From the NCBI GenBank assembly GCA_013265495.1, contig MU058000.1:2046001-2110000 (forward strand): 64,000 nt of DNA, written 5' to 3'. A program made the translations under genes and the position numbers. Source of the DNA: Vicugna vicugna (lineage: Eukaryota). Positions 13,241 to 26,262 of this stretch are shown in pieces (the stretch's first letter is position 1; the number at the start of each line of letters is the position of its first letter). A model generated the notes under the pieces. The model did no database searches. It had not been told where the DNA came from and saw only the letters and a list, made by a program, of their open reading frames with translations.

Positions 13241-15154
13241 AGAAGAGTGAAGTTAAAAAAAAAAAAAGAGAGAGAAAAAAAAACAACTATGATATAAAAG
13301 AAGTTCTTTCTTCTCCTGCTGCCAGATTCTGAGCAACCATCCATAAGAGTGCCCAGAGACCAGTGTGTTTGTTTAGCTTCATTTTGTGTTTGTGTTCATA
13401 TTTGTCTTTATACAGATTAATGGTGAGAAATGGTTAAAGGGTTTACACCACCCGGGTAGTCTGGGAACCTAAATTCAAAAGCTATAGCCAGCTACTGTCA
13501 TTGAGAGATAAGGATGCTTACCATACTATTGATTTTCATGCTATGAAGAGACAGGCAGTGCTTCACCATAACATGGTCTACGGAGTCACGCCTAATTTCA
13601 TGGAATTGAAAGTTTCCAAAGATGGCAGGTCTTCTCCTTGCAGATAATAATTGGCTGATTGATGATTGCTCGAAACACTTGCCCACATACCTCGACACTG
13701 AATCATCTTTTTATTTTTAAGAATTAGGGTCAGAATTTCCAAACTGAATTGTGGATTTACAATTAATGTTTCACAAACAGTCATGGAAACTGCCATATAT
13801 GATTGCAAATATCTGAATATAAAATGAGCTTAGTTCATCTGCATGTATCAAGATGGCTCTGCATGTTTGAAATTGCATAGATTAAATTACCCTTCCCCTT
13901 GGCTTATGGCCATTTATTGTAGATACAACTTAAATTTCCATTGACTCTCATGCATTTTGGCAATATTATACATTCATATTAGAAAAGCAAATTTTGGCTC
14001 TGAGAACCTACAATATCAGCCTTTATCTACAGTGTCTCCATTTATATGTCAAGTATAAATTATTATTTTTAAGATGTACTTTAACAGTATAAATATCCAT
14101 AGATTTTGTATACTGAAAAGTGATTATATCAAAACTTTAAAAATCATCTCAGGATGTTAATTTTAAGCATTGCTATCAAGTCATTTAATTTCTCACCCAA
14201 GGGTCTCTACAGAGCAGTAAATCACATTTTTATATTTATTCATATAATTGTCACATCAATCTAATTATTTTAGTTCAATGCTATCTAATATTCCTGTTGC
14301 ATGGCTAGTTCTGTTTCATAAATTCTCATCTCTTGTTCTACCTTTGTAACAGGATAAAGGGTAGAACATAAATGTCCTTCAATACTGATTCAATATTTTA
14401 TCTTAAAATTTTTTTTGTCAGCTCTTTCTCTCCTTGACACCTCTATTAATTCCATCACCCAATTTTGGATTTACAAAAAATACCAATACACTTGCTTTTG
14501 TCATAGAAAAAAAATGAGTCTCACTGTTGAGTGATGAGCGGAAAATTTTATCACCTTGCAGCGCACCCAGTGCAGAAGTGAGTTAAGGCTCTGGGGAATG
14601 AGGTCGAAAGGAAGAAAGACTTTGAACTGTCCCTGTCCCATATTAGGAAAGCAAATTCTCTGAGTGTTGCTGATTGGCTAGCAATAGCTAGGCCTGTTCA
14701 TAGTAAGCACTGAGCTATCTGCAGGTGGTCTGATGTACATATGATGGATATATGCTGCATATGTGAATTGTAGCATCCAGTTGCCTAAGTCGAGATTATG
14801 ATGCCCAGTTAGTTATGCACTGCTGACAGGCTAGGTTGGTCTATCTTTCATATGAATTGAATAAAATCAAATGTTTAACTGACCATGTAATTTTCCTTGT
14901 TGCTCCTAACACTTCATGTATTCATTCTATGAGCAAAGAAAGAGATTCATTACCGTAATTATAAACATTTGAGAAGCGATTGATTTTAATACATAACTCT
15001 CTTAGCTCAAATGTGTAACAATCTGTTTGTAAGCTACTTGAAAACTATCTTTTTAAATCCACAATCTTGAGAGCAGAAAAAAATGAGATGTTGCCTTAGT
15101 CCCCACCATCCCCTTTGAAATTGTGACCCTTAGAACCCTTTACTGCTGTGGCAC

Positions 15155-15376
15155 CAGGATTTCTCAAGCTCAACACAATTGAAAATTTGGGCCAGTAATT
15201 TTCTTCTGTTATGGTTTCTGTGCATGGTAGGATATCACAGCATCCTTATTCTCTACCCGCTAGATGCTAGTAGCAATGCCTCACCCCTAGTTGTCACAAT
15301 AAAAAAAAAAAAAAAGCCTCCAGACATTGCCAAATGTACCCTGGGAAGCAAAATCACTTTCATTTGAGAACTACTG
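15155..15376. mobile_element. MER20 hAT-Charlie non-autonomous DNA transposon, near full length
   Basis: Termini cagg-atttctcaa / ttgagaactactg; internal ctctacccgctagatgctagtagca, agttgtcacaa, tccagacattgccaaatgt. Confidence 0.9.
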
Positions 15377-16269
15377 TGCTAGACTGGTAGAAATATCAAT
15401 TCTTCATCACTATTTGATGTTCCTTCTACTTCCTGAGGGTTATAGAAAGGTCTTAGAAACTTATGAGAGTAAACCATTTGGAAAGGTAACCATAGTCTTA
15501 GGTGGCTTATCATGAAGACATTTGCATAACCCCCTTAAAGTCCAGTGACTCGCTTTTGGACCATGATGGGGACCGAGCAAGCCCTGCTGAAGCAGAGAGC
15601 CCCCATGTCTAGGATCATTCTCCCCAGTCCTGCCCTATCGCCGTTACCCTCTGACTCCTGTGCCCTCTCAGGTCTGCGCCACAATACAGTAAAGGGATCT
15701 GCTAGTTAAGGAAACCGCCAACCCGCTCATCTACGAAAATTTCTCCCTTTTCTCTCTGCTAATTTTTTCAGATCTGACCCTCCTTCTCTCTTTCCTCTTT
15801 CTGAATGGTTTGCTGGCCTAATCCTGGCAATCGTCATACATTTAAAAATGAGGGGTAAGCCCAGTTGAAAGTAAGCATCTTCCTCTTATAAAGTGCTAAA
15901 GTTCTGAAAGCAAAAATTGTAAAAAGACATTTTCAATGCTCTAGAATGGGAGGGAGAGAAAAACACAGAGAGCAAAATATATGTAATCTGTAAAATTTGG
16001 AGCGGGAATAGAAATCTGTGGCTCAGAAGGAAACGTGATCCCAAGGAAGCTGAGTTTCATACACTTGAATAATGTCTTGATCTCTCTCCTTGGACACAAG
16101 CTTCTTTCTTCCATCCAGGCAGTGGGGTTTTAAGAAAGACAAGTTTCTTATACCAGCCCGTTGAGCAGGATGAAGATAGAGAATTCCTCAGTCTAGGCAG
16201 ATGTTGTATTTTTAAGATGTGAAACAGATATTGAAAAGTCTGATGTTAATGACACAAGAAAGCTGCACG

Positions 16270-16495
16270 CTTGGTTGGATATATGCTTCGGAGCTAGCCT
16301 GCCAGGTTTCCATGTCCAGTTCTGCCTCTCATGCAACTTAGTTAATTTCTCTGTGGTTCAGTTTCCTCCATTAGGCTAATAAAACTTCTTCCTTTTTAAG
16401 GTGGTTTGACAGTTAAATAAGTTAATACATGGAAATTTTAGAAAGGCTTCTGACCTGCAATCAGTACTCTATAAGTATATGTTATTAACAATTAT
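16270..16495 (+). mobile_element. MIR SINE
   Basis: ttaatttctctgtggttcagtttcctc..gttaaataagttaatacatg..agtactctataagtat. Confidence 0.7.
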
Positions 16496-18240
16496 TTTCT
16501 TGTTAAAAAGGATTATGGCTTCTTAAAATGAGTCAGGGCATCAGAAGGGACTAGAGAAAAAGCAATCCAGGAAACATCACCCAAATGACATGGAAGAATG
16601 TCTTCGGAGACTGGAATCTATCCATGCCTCTGCCCAAACATCTCCCTGGCTCATTTAGTCAAAGCCTGGGTTATACCTGCGTCTGATCCACTGCTCTGAC
16701 TGCCCATAGCCACTGCCCATAGAAGCAAAATGTACCTTATTTGCCACATCAAGCTTAGCTTTACTGTGGGCTGACCTCAGATAATCCCAATATCCGCTTC
16801 TTCCTGACCTCAGCTCAACCAAATGTCGACACCAGCTGTTCCTTGGGCCTTCAGGCCAGTAGCCAGGAAGTTAGGAACAACAAATGCTCAGGACCTAGTG
16901 AGAGATGCTTTGGTGTAAAGAATCCTTTTAAACTTCATTTCACTCAGGTTTTTCAAACCCTATTTCACCAGTGAATTATTTTTGCATTTTTCATCAAGGG
17001 ACTAGCAACGCCTTGTGGAATTGTGGTTCTGAGGCATAGTTAGGGACGTATGGTTCTAATGTCCCCATTCATACTGATTAATACTTGCTCTGTTCTCTGG
17101 TCATTTTTGTGAATCTATGGGTTACTGTTTTGTTAGTTTTTTGCCAGTCTGTGCTTATTATGGTTTTATCTCACCACACATTCATTAAATTGTCTCCACT
17201 GGTTCCATTGATTATAATTATGTCCAGTCTTATTCACTGCTTTTCCAGGTAAGCATCCTAACTCAGGGCAAGGCCACCTACCTGCCACACAGACAAGTTC
17301 TTCCTTTAGCTAATTGTGAGCATCTCCCCCTCTCGCTTGTATCTACCCCGGAGACAGAGGACGTTTGGAGATAATTAGTGCTTCCAGTATTTAATCACTT
17401 TGGCTTTAATAATGATTGACCAAGAGAGGTTCATATTAAATTACAAATAAATACTAATGTGCTTTTCTGAAGCTAATGAGCCACTTGTGTCTCAAGAGAA
17501 GAAAGTGAAAATCCTACTGGTTTTGTCGAAGTGTTCAGCACTTTCAGCATTTTATACTTATTTATGGGTCAGATAGAAATAGCTCAAATGTATTCATTCT
17601 TGAGCTATTTCAGGATGCATGTTTTTTGGTCGCTCTCTTCTAGCCTAAGTCCATTTGACTTGAATTGGGGTCAGCCATTTGGGCATATAACCTGGACTGC
17701 CAAGTCAGAGCACCAGACCTACCTAATCACACCAGAGTGTTTGGGGATGTTACATAGAATGGGAGCCAAAACAGTGAAACCCAGCTTTGGGGTTCTCCTG
17801 GGGACAGTTTCAACATTAATGGCCCATTTTGCCGGAGTTCCTCAATTGATATGTGTAAGTAACAGACTTCCGGCTTGAACCTATTCCATGAGAGAGCTTG
17901 TGTCAATGTGAATCCAATCTTGGGTGGAGGGCATAGCCAAAATATATAATGAGACGAGGTTTTAAAGACACAGTTTGAACCTCTGTATGAAGCCATTCGT
18001 CACAAGATCTATTGCCTGGACGGGTCCAGTTAAGTTTCCAACTGGCTTCAACTAGTTTATGTCATTTTTTTGTCACTTGCAAATAAAAGCAACTGGTTCT
18101 GCAGATTCTAATGTGCAGAGTTTATCATAAAGCCACCTCTAGAAATACAAGGAACAGAACGATGAAAACTTGTAAGAACAGAAAACTTGCAACATTTACA
18201 TGTAAAAGCACCTTCTAAAAGAAAAACTTTTGTCACTTAC

Positions 18241-18343
18241 ATCTTGTCCTGTATCACGCATCATCGTATCCATGCCATAAGTTCTGATATGCAAAGATTG
18301 TCGTCTGTCTTTGAGGCCCCCTTATTGCATAAAAATTATTGTA
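18241..18343 (-). other. Candidate non-coding exon (103 nt)
   Basis: ctcattttccttctgtag| acceptor and GAT|gtaagt donor; stop codons in all three frames; no transcript evidence. Confidence 0.3.
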
Positions 18344-20169
18344 CTACAGAAGGAAAATGAGCTTTTATAAATGAATAATGACATGATTAAGTCATAGGAG
18401 TTTTTCAATTGAAATTATTATTTTGAATGAGTCTTAAAGAGGGTAATCTTCATTTAATGAACAATTGTTTTCCAAAAGTGAAACCGTTAGAATTGTATGT
18501 TTCTGAGCATTGTGTTCAAATTGAGGTTGATACATTTCTATTTGTTCCTCTTTGCATTATTTTGTCATCATCTACATATTTTATTAAATTCTTATTGTAT
18601 TTTTCTAATAAAATATTACTATCAGTCCTTCTATAAAACTTCTCCTGCTACCAAGCACATGACTCCACAGCCATTAAATAAATTCTGTTCCTGATAAGGT
18701 TATTTTACTGTACTTCGTCGTCTTCTGAAGGAAAATGCCTATTGTCACCCAAGTGTGCAGCACTATCTGCCTCATTATTTTAGAGTCCAGCTCGCCAACC
18801 CTCCTTGTGCACATGGGCTCCTGATGTCATGCGTGTATGTTGTCTCTTCTGCATAGGAATTTCTGATTATAAAGAATATGTTGACCAAACAGAAGATCTA
18901 GTTATAATGAGTCACAAAATACCGGAGAAATGTTTGGGGAAGAGTAAGGAAGTAGGCAATAACAGTGGAAATTGTTATTTAGGAGATATCTTACTGAAAT
19001 TATACTAAAAATGAAGAATGCAAATTAAAAAACATATCATAGAGCTATAGAAAACTAGGCAGAGCCACAAAAAGATGATAGCAAAGAGATATTCTCACAG
19101 ACATACACACGCATCCCTACAAGTGAACAAAAGTCACATTTCATCTTGGTTTTTTTAATTTTACCCTACATGTTTATTCCTGCTCATTTTTGTACTCTTA
19201 CAGAAAAATATACTGAAATAGGTATGGTAATCCAATTCCTATTTGCAATTACACACACACACACACAAATTTTCTTGAAAAATAGTAAGAGAAAAGCACC
19301 TAACCATAAAGAGAGTTCAAGACAGAGGAGTGGCATTGCTGTCTTCACCCCACCATCATTGTCATCATCATCATCAATTATCATTAGTCATCTTTCTCGA
19401 TGAGTATGTATATGGCCACATGACAAATGTCAGATGCTCAGAGCTTCTGTATGGCAGTAAAAATGCTGCAAGGTAAATGGAGTACAGAAGCATTTTTCAA
19501 TTAATTAACTTTAGCTAATATTATCCCCAAAGAAAATATGACAATGAACATCATGGGCTTGGGCTTTGTCAGACATTAAGAAGGCATCACTTGTGGAGTC
19601 TCTCTGATAATGTTGTTTTATCAGATTCACACTCATATACATAATAATTATCCAGTAGTTACATGCATAAGGTTTCTCCCTTTCTAATAATCAAATGCAT
19701 ATAAAAAGCATTACAATAATATTTTTTCTTAGTCTGCAAAGATCAAGCAAACTGATAGCAGTGTTGAAGAGGTTTGATGGAAATACAGTCTTATATACTA
19801 TTGGTAGAAGAATGAATGTCTGCTTTTGTACTCCTTTTTATGGACAGCAACCTGGAATTTTTATCAGTTTTAAAATAGGAATACTTACTGATAAAGCCAT
19901 TTAACTTCTAAAAAAAGACAAGAATATAATGTGTATTTGCAAGAAATTTATTGCAGCATTGTTTAAAATTACAAAAAAGGGAAATAAAATAATTTCTGTT
20001 ACTAAATTCAAAGAATATCATCATATGCTCACAATGTTTGACTCCTCAGAAGGACTGACACTGTTCGATTTACATCCTTGAAAGTCTGGCTCTAATTGTG
20101 TGCTGTTATCCCTTCCCCTTTGGCTATTGCTTCTGCCTCCTTTCCAGGATTATCTTTATCCAGTTGAGA

Positions 20170-20265
20170 GGCTCTGGTGCCAGACTCTTCCACTCTCTAG
20201 ACACATGACCTTGGGGAAAACACTCTTGCTCCTCTGCAGACTCAGTTTGGTTATTGCTAAAATGC
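20170..20265 (+). mobile_element. MIR core fragment
   Basis: atgaccttggggaaaacact..ctcagtttggttattgctaaaatg. Confidence 0.55.
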
Positions 20266-20429
20266 ACAGCAGTGTACACAGTGTCTGCCTTAATAAATAT
20301 AAGCTACATTATTATGTTAATGTCAAAATTGTTGAAATTGTCCAACACTTTACTTCTTAGAAAATGTTGTAATGTCTGTGGATACAGTTTCGGTAATGGA
20401 TCCATTTTAAATGAAGAGGTCACAGACTG

Positions 20430-20790
20430 TGGTAGTGCAGTTCCCCAGGCCTCGGATGCCATCCCTAGGTCTGACGGGGGAAACAGGGAGGAGCATGTAC
20501 CAGACCCAGAAGGAGGGAAGGGGAGTGGGAAGCCCAGTAAGTGTTGTAACTTCTAGGTGAGTGATCCAGCCAGATCATAATGGCAGGAAATGGAAAATGA
20601 ATATTCTGACCTCACTTTCTTCCCTCCCATCTCTTACTGGTGCTCTCCTTTGGTTAAATCCAAGTCAGAACCAGAGGCCAGGAGAATCCCCTTCTGAAAT
20701 CTATACAGATCGGCTTCTAGGAGCACAAGGCAAGGAGAGAGAGGGCAGAGATTGGATCTAGAAAGAAGGATGGAAGATTCTCAACCCAAT
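20430..20790 (-). mobile_element. ERVL solo LTR, LTR33-like
   Basis: ttggttaaatccaagtcagaaccagaggccaggagaatcc..ggcagagattggatctagaaagaaggatggaagat resembles the remembered LTR33 antisense. Confidence 0.55.
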
Positions 20791-20990
20791 CCCTTTGTAG
20801 CTCTACTTGTTGGTACCCTTTCTGAAATATCCTATTTGAATGAGTAAATGAAGAAGCACACTTCCCGTGGATATTTAAAAAAAAAAATCAACACTACATC
20901 CTTTATCCTTTGTTCAATCTGACAAAGGAATTATTGCAGAAGCTTCTCAATTAGACTTCTGCTTTTCTGCACATACTCCAGTTTCATTCC

Positions 20991-21053
20991 TTTCTCCTCT
21001 CTCTCCTGTCCTCTCCCCTCTCCTCCCTTCCCCTCCTACCTCCCCTCCTCCCT
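20991..21053. repeat. Polypyrimidine (CT/CCT) low-complexity tract
   Basis: About 60 nt of almost pure C/T. Confidence 0.85.
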
Positions 21054-21114
21054 AAAGGAGGAAATTTTCAAAATGCAAATCAAATTTTGACACTTCGTTA
21101 CCTAATAACTTCCC

Positions 21115-21352
21115 ATTTATGTTAATTTTCTATTTCTGTGTAATTACCAGAAATGTAATGACAAAACAATGCACACTTATTACCTCACAGTCCTATGAGT
21201 CAGTAGTCCCGGTGGACTCAGCTGGGTTCGCTGCTCAATGTCTCACAAGGTCAAAATCAAGATGTCGTCTAGCTGGCATCTTATCTGGTGATTCTGGGAA
21301 ACAGTTCACTTCCAAGCTCATTCCTGTTATGGGCAGAATTCAGTTTCTTGAA
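21115..21352 (-). mobile_element. MLT1E/F-like MaLR LTR, partial
   Basis: tctcacaaggtcaaaatcaagatgtc..cacttccaagctcattcctgttatgggcagaattcagtttcttg. Confidence 0.8.
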
Positions 21353-22671
21353 TTCTCAAGCCTCATCTCACTTCATGTTCTGTGTTTTCTATGTGTACAG
21401 GCCACATGTGTCCCTCTCAGGATCTCTACTGGGTCTCTGTCCCTCACACAGCAATTCTGTAGGGCAGCCTTTTGTAATGCCTCTCTATTCTCCAGTGCCC
21501 CAGCCAACAACCACCCATCCCCACGCAGTTCACAGTCAGCTGTGCTTTGGGGTATGTATTTGTGTTTGCACATAGAAAATGGTTTAGAAGAATATACTCT
21601 AAGATAATAGAGCTTATCTGTGTGGTGGATTTGTTGATAATTTTCAATTGTTAGTACAAAGTTTCTACATGTCTGTTCTGTTTTGTAAGTATAAATTACG
21701 TTTATAATCAGTTAAATGCTCATTTTATTTTAAAGTATTTAACAAAAACCCTACATATACTAAATGCCTCAAAAATACTGTCAACATTTGTGAATCAGCA
21801 ATAATTAGATGTATGATATGACTTTAATATTATTATTTATATATATCTAGCTACCAGCAAGTTCAATGATACGCATATAGTAAAATTAATAGGTTAATGT
21901 TGATTAAACCATCAGAATGCCAGTCATTCTAATACTAGAGGTTTTTTTTTCCCCTACAATCTTAACTACAAGAACATGCCTTTGATTTTAAACTTCTGTT
22001 TTCATAATGCAGATAAGTAGACAGTGATCTTCAGTAAGCTCAACTCTAGTATCTTAGAACTTTTTTAAAACATAAACAAGTTGATGTTTTTGGAGTTTCA
22101 TTGAGCTTTATACCATGGTTTTATGTAACCATGTAGGCTTATTATAGATAATATGAGTATTAGTTGACACAGAGAGTTTCAAAATTAAATAAAATTTGTA
22201 GAGATACAGTCATATCACATTAGATTTAACAGTTTTCTGACCATTAAAAATGTTTCCTTCATGTTCCCAAATATTATAAAGATAGATACCTTTTTTCTTT
22301 GTGTAATTATATAATAGACAGAAAGTTCCTATAGATCTTCCTGAAAGGATTAGAGAAAAGAATGGGGGTGAGGAGAAAGCTATAATTTTAGTTTTTCATT
22401 TCTTTGTCAGTCTTATTACATATCCGTAATAGAAAACTGCAGCAGAAGCAAAATACAGTTCAATTGCTGAATCTAATGAGAAAGAGCTAATGGTGAAAAA
22501 AATAGAAATCTTAAATACACAGTGAAATTTGATGTATTCCTGACATCTCTGACATGTGCTTATTTATAGAATCGGAATGAAGTTTGAAAAATGCTTAAAT
22601 TTGAAAGGACACTAAATTTTTACTACTTTATATTATGTCCCTGTATAACGCTCTCTACCCCAACCCTCCCC

Positions 22672-22746
22672 AACACACTCTCTTTCTCTCTCTCTCTTCT
22701 GTACACAGACACACACACACAGATACACACACACACACACACACAA
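22672..22746. repeat. Compound (CT)n-(CA)n microsatellite
   Basis: Read directly from the sequence. Confidence 0.9.
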
Positions 22747-23479
22747 ACTACAGGATAACTTTCCTTAATGTCTTGTACTCAGATTTCTATTAAGAACATT
22801 TATCTGGGGTCTCCAGTGTGCTAGATAATGGGCTGCTTCCCAGATACGCCGTGGTGATTGATCCCAATGCACATAAAGTTTATAAACTCACGCTCAGCAC
22901 TTGCATATACGTAGTCTTATTTACGCATCATAGCAGCCCTGTCAGATAGGTGTACTTCCTGTTCCATGGATGACTAGTTCAAGGTGACTTCAACAATTCA
23001 GTGGCAGTGGTCTTCCAACTCAAATATTTCTAGGGGTACAACAAGTTTCAAGGTTCTCTTGTTTCCTTTGATTTATCTACCATCTCATGTAATTAACTTA
23101 AAGAGAAAACCATTTTTAAAACCTAAAGTTTGTTGTGTTGGTTCAGTTCTTTAAATTCTTTGTATAGAAAATATTTTATCTATATGTCAAAACATGCATT
23201 TGCTTTTTTCATTCATTTGTTCATTCACTTATTTACTCTACTTTTATTAAGCACTTACCCAGGACAGATTTTATAGCAAGATAAAAGACATCATAAGTTG
23301 CTAAACTTTAGATGCTTACTGTACAGAAAGTAGAGAAGTAAATGAAATATGCATAACCCCGATGTCAGCCACTGCCACCCTGCTCTTAAAATCTAAATCA
23401 AGATAGACTCTGTTTAAACCTTATAATGGACAATTGCTGTATTTTACTTTATTTTATTTTATTGGCCATAAAGCATTGA

Positions 23480-23930
23480 TAATCATTATTTAGACAATAG
23501 TATCTCAATTTCTTCTCAGAATTCATCCTTTGCCAGTTGTTTCAACATGAGATGACTCTATCTCTGGTTCCAGCTATGAGTACACAACTCAAGTCTGGCC
23601 AATCAGAACATTTTATTTCTGTATGTATTGTCTGGTTCAAGGATAATAAAAATGTAATTCAACTAAAACCAAAGCAGTTCAATGAAACTTCTCTAAAGCT
23701 GTTGTAAGAGAATGGATAAGCTTTCCTGCTCAATTTAAATGTGAAAAAATGCAACAAAAGGAGATGCCCTGGCCATTTTGCAACCCGGAGGACGGGAAGT
23801 TCTGGGGAAATGGGAAGAGAAATCAGGCCCTGGTGATATTGTTTGCAGCCCTAATTTTAGCTGTGCTGTGATCAGGACTGCACATGACTTTTTAATTATC
23901 CCCTTAATCCAGCCTTTGCTTTTCTTTTTT
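23480..23930 (+). mobile_element. MLT1K-like MaLR LTR
   Basis: tctggccaatcagaaca, tggttcaaggat, ggccattttgcaacc, cctggtgatattgtttg. Confidence 0.65.
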
Positions 23931-24205
23931 TCCTCTATAATTTCCTTTATGTTAACCCTTCACCCCATCAAACCACTTTCATAACTAAGCTTTATGTAGT
24001 GGATGTTCAGTGGAGTTTGGGCTGTAACTGAGAAGTGATATATATATTATGGCACCGTAGAGCAATTCGTTTAAAATTTCACAGATTTCATGTTTTAAAA
24101 AAAATTCTGTGTTCGATATGGCCTACAGCCATGTCGCATGTCTTCTCTTTCCTCTTGTTCAACAACGCTCATCTCTACTTTTTCCTACCCAAATTTTAAT
24201 CCAGG

Positions 24206-24394
24206 CAGAGTTGCCAGAGAAATACAGGACGCCAAGTCAAATCTGACTTTTAAATAAACAACCAATAATTTCTTTTGGTTAAATTATGTCTAAGTTATTG
24301 TGTGGGACATAATTGTGTTAATTATATTTATTTATTTGAAATTCAGATTTAATTTAGAACCCTGTAGTTTTATTCCTTTAATAGGGCAGCTCTA
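24206..24394. mobile_element. MER53 palindromic hAT MITE
   Basis: cagagttgccaga-aaatacaggac..ataaacaac..ttatgtc..tgggacata..tttatttgaaattcagatttaa..cctgta..ggcagctcta. Confidence 0.85.
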
Positions 24395-25085
24395 ATTCTA
24401 GGGCCTTTTGTTTTCATCCAGCTCTTCCTCTGAGAGCCTCCCTTGTCAAAGTACTTTTCCAAATTCTTGTTTTTCTCTTTTATAGAATGAAATAAATATT
24501 AAAATACCCCATTTAATTACAGAAGTCAGGCTTTTGCATTGCATGTATGTTAATTTTGTATTTCCCTTTGTTTTCAGGTACACAAAAAACTTCTTGTGAA
24601 GTGGGGAAGTAGGCAAAGCATCCATCTAATTTCCTTTTTTCTATTTTTCCACTTCACTGGGACTCCTTACCCTCTTCTCTTCCCCAGCTCACCCAACACC
24701 CCAACATACAACACACACTGTAACTCTTTCATTCAGCCAGTGCGTCCAGTGCTTTTCCAACCTCTCTCTCCTTTGATCTATCAAAAACTGTTCTCAGAGA
24801 CAAGAAGTTGTTAAACTCTCTTCAATCAAAATGGGGCCCATTTCCATTCTTACACCTGAAATTTCTCGAAAAGACATTCGTATCTTATAATACGAATGAC
24901 TTTTCCCCAAACCTGAGGATTGTTATCTGCTATTTTTCATTGGTCCAGAAGTCTGAACATTTTCTTTCAGGCTAGTTTGGATTGATGGTGGAGCAATCAA
25001 CGACTTTTATCACCTTTGCCTTTTCTAGTGGTAGAATTTGCTGGCCTCCTTTTTCTGATACCTCACACATAGAAAACTTACTTAC

Positions 25086-25135
25086 CTATACATCTTTTGT
25101 GCTCGCTTCTAAATCTCATCCTCCTCTGCAATCAG
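25086..25135 (-). other. Candidate non-coding exon (50 nt)
   Basis: ttatttgttttttaag| acceptor, TAG|gtaagt donor, purine-rich body; no transcript evidence. Confidence 0.3.
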
Positions 25136-26142
25136 CTTAAAAAACAAATAAGCAATCAAAACCAAACACAAACATTTTCTGACCCATCGTCTCTCAAGTA
25201 TTTCATTTTTTTTTGTTTGTTTGTTTTGGGTTCTTATTCTGTGACTGTCTGCAAGTTAAGCTTTTAGCTGAGAATTAGATCCAGCATATTCCACCTGTAT
25301 ACTGAGGAGTGCTCTGTGAGATATTAATGAAAGTTCTCAGAAAGCGATGTTTGCAATCTCTCCCACAGTGCAATTCAGGGAACAGCATTTCACTTAAAGA
25401 GAGTGGCTTTCATGCCTCACACTTGTCTAACGCCTTTCTTTTGATGTCCTTGGAGAGATTTACAGGTTTCTTTCTTAACAGCTAAATATCCCTAAGAGCC
25501 AGGTAGAATACAGATACTAAAGACTGATACCTGTCTTAAAGAAAGGCTTTCGAATTTTTAAGAGAGACACTCATTCAGTAAGTCTTTACATGATCATACA
25601 TTTTTAGGTGAATAGATGTGTCTGGAAAATGTGTGACAATTGCAGGGGCTTAGCTAACTTGTGTTTCCTGTGGACATTTTTTCCATAAGCTTTTAAAACA
25701 TTTCCCCCTGCCTAAATCTCAAATCTGTTGGGTTAAGCTTGTTTTAAGGCTTTTACATTTTGTTCCTTTCTGGTGACTTAAGACTGGAAGTGGATCTGGC
25801 AGCATAACAATAACTCATCCTTTGACGTGGGCTCGCCAATAAAATGGCCACTGAGTGTGCACAGGGTTATAATCCTCTCCTGGAGACTTCATGGAGGATG
25901 GTTCTCTGTGTCAGAAACGAGACAGTTTGTTCTAAAAATGAGGTACTGTCATCTCTGTGGACTTTGGGTGATCTGTTATTATTAAAGGCCAGATTATCTG
26001 GATTCCTTTTGAATATTCTAGGAGCTCAAAAGTGGATGTCTCTGGGGTTTGTGAATGTAAAGAGGAGGTTTGTGGCATCAGGTAGTTAAGCCTGATTCTA
26101 GGAAGCAACTTTTATTGACAATATTTTCATGATTCTTAGCAA

Positions 26143-26189
26143 TATATGTATATACACATACACACACATATGTATACATATATATATAG
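26143..26189. repeat. (TA)/(CA) mixed microsatellite
   Basis: Read directly from the sequence. Confidence 0.8.
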
Positions 26190-26227
26190 CCTAGTTTCAA
26201 TGTGGTTTCTAGTGTTATAATTGTTTC

Positions 26228-26262
<35 letters not shown>

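Noticed and set aside
24875..24898. 9-bp inverted repeats (also near 41531-41553)
   Set aside because: Short enough to occur by chance in 64 kb of AT-rich DNA
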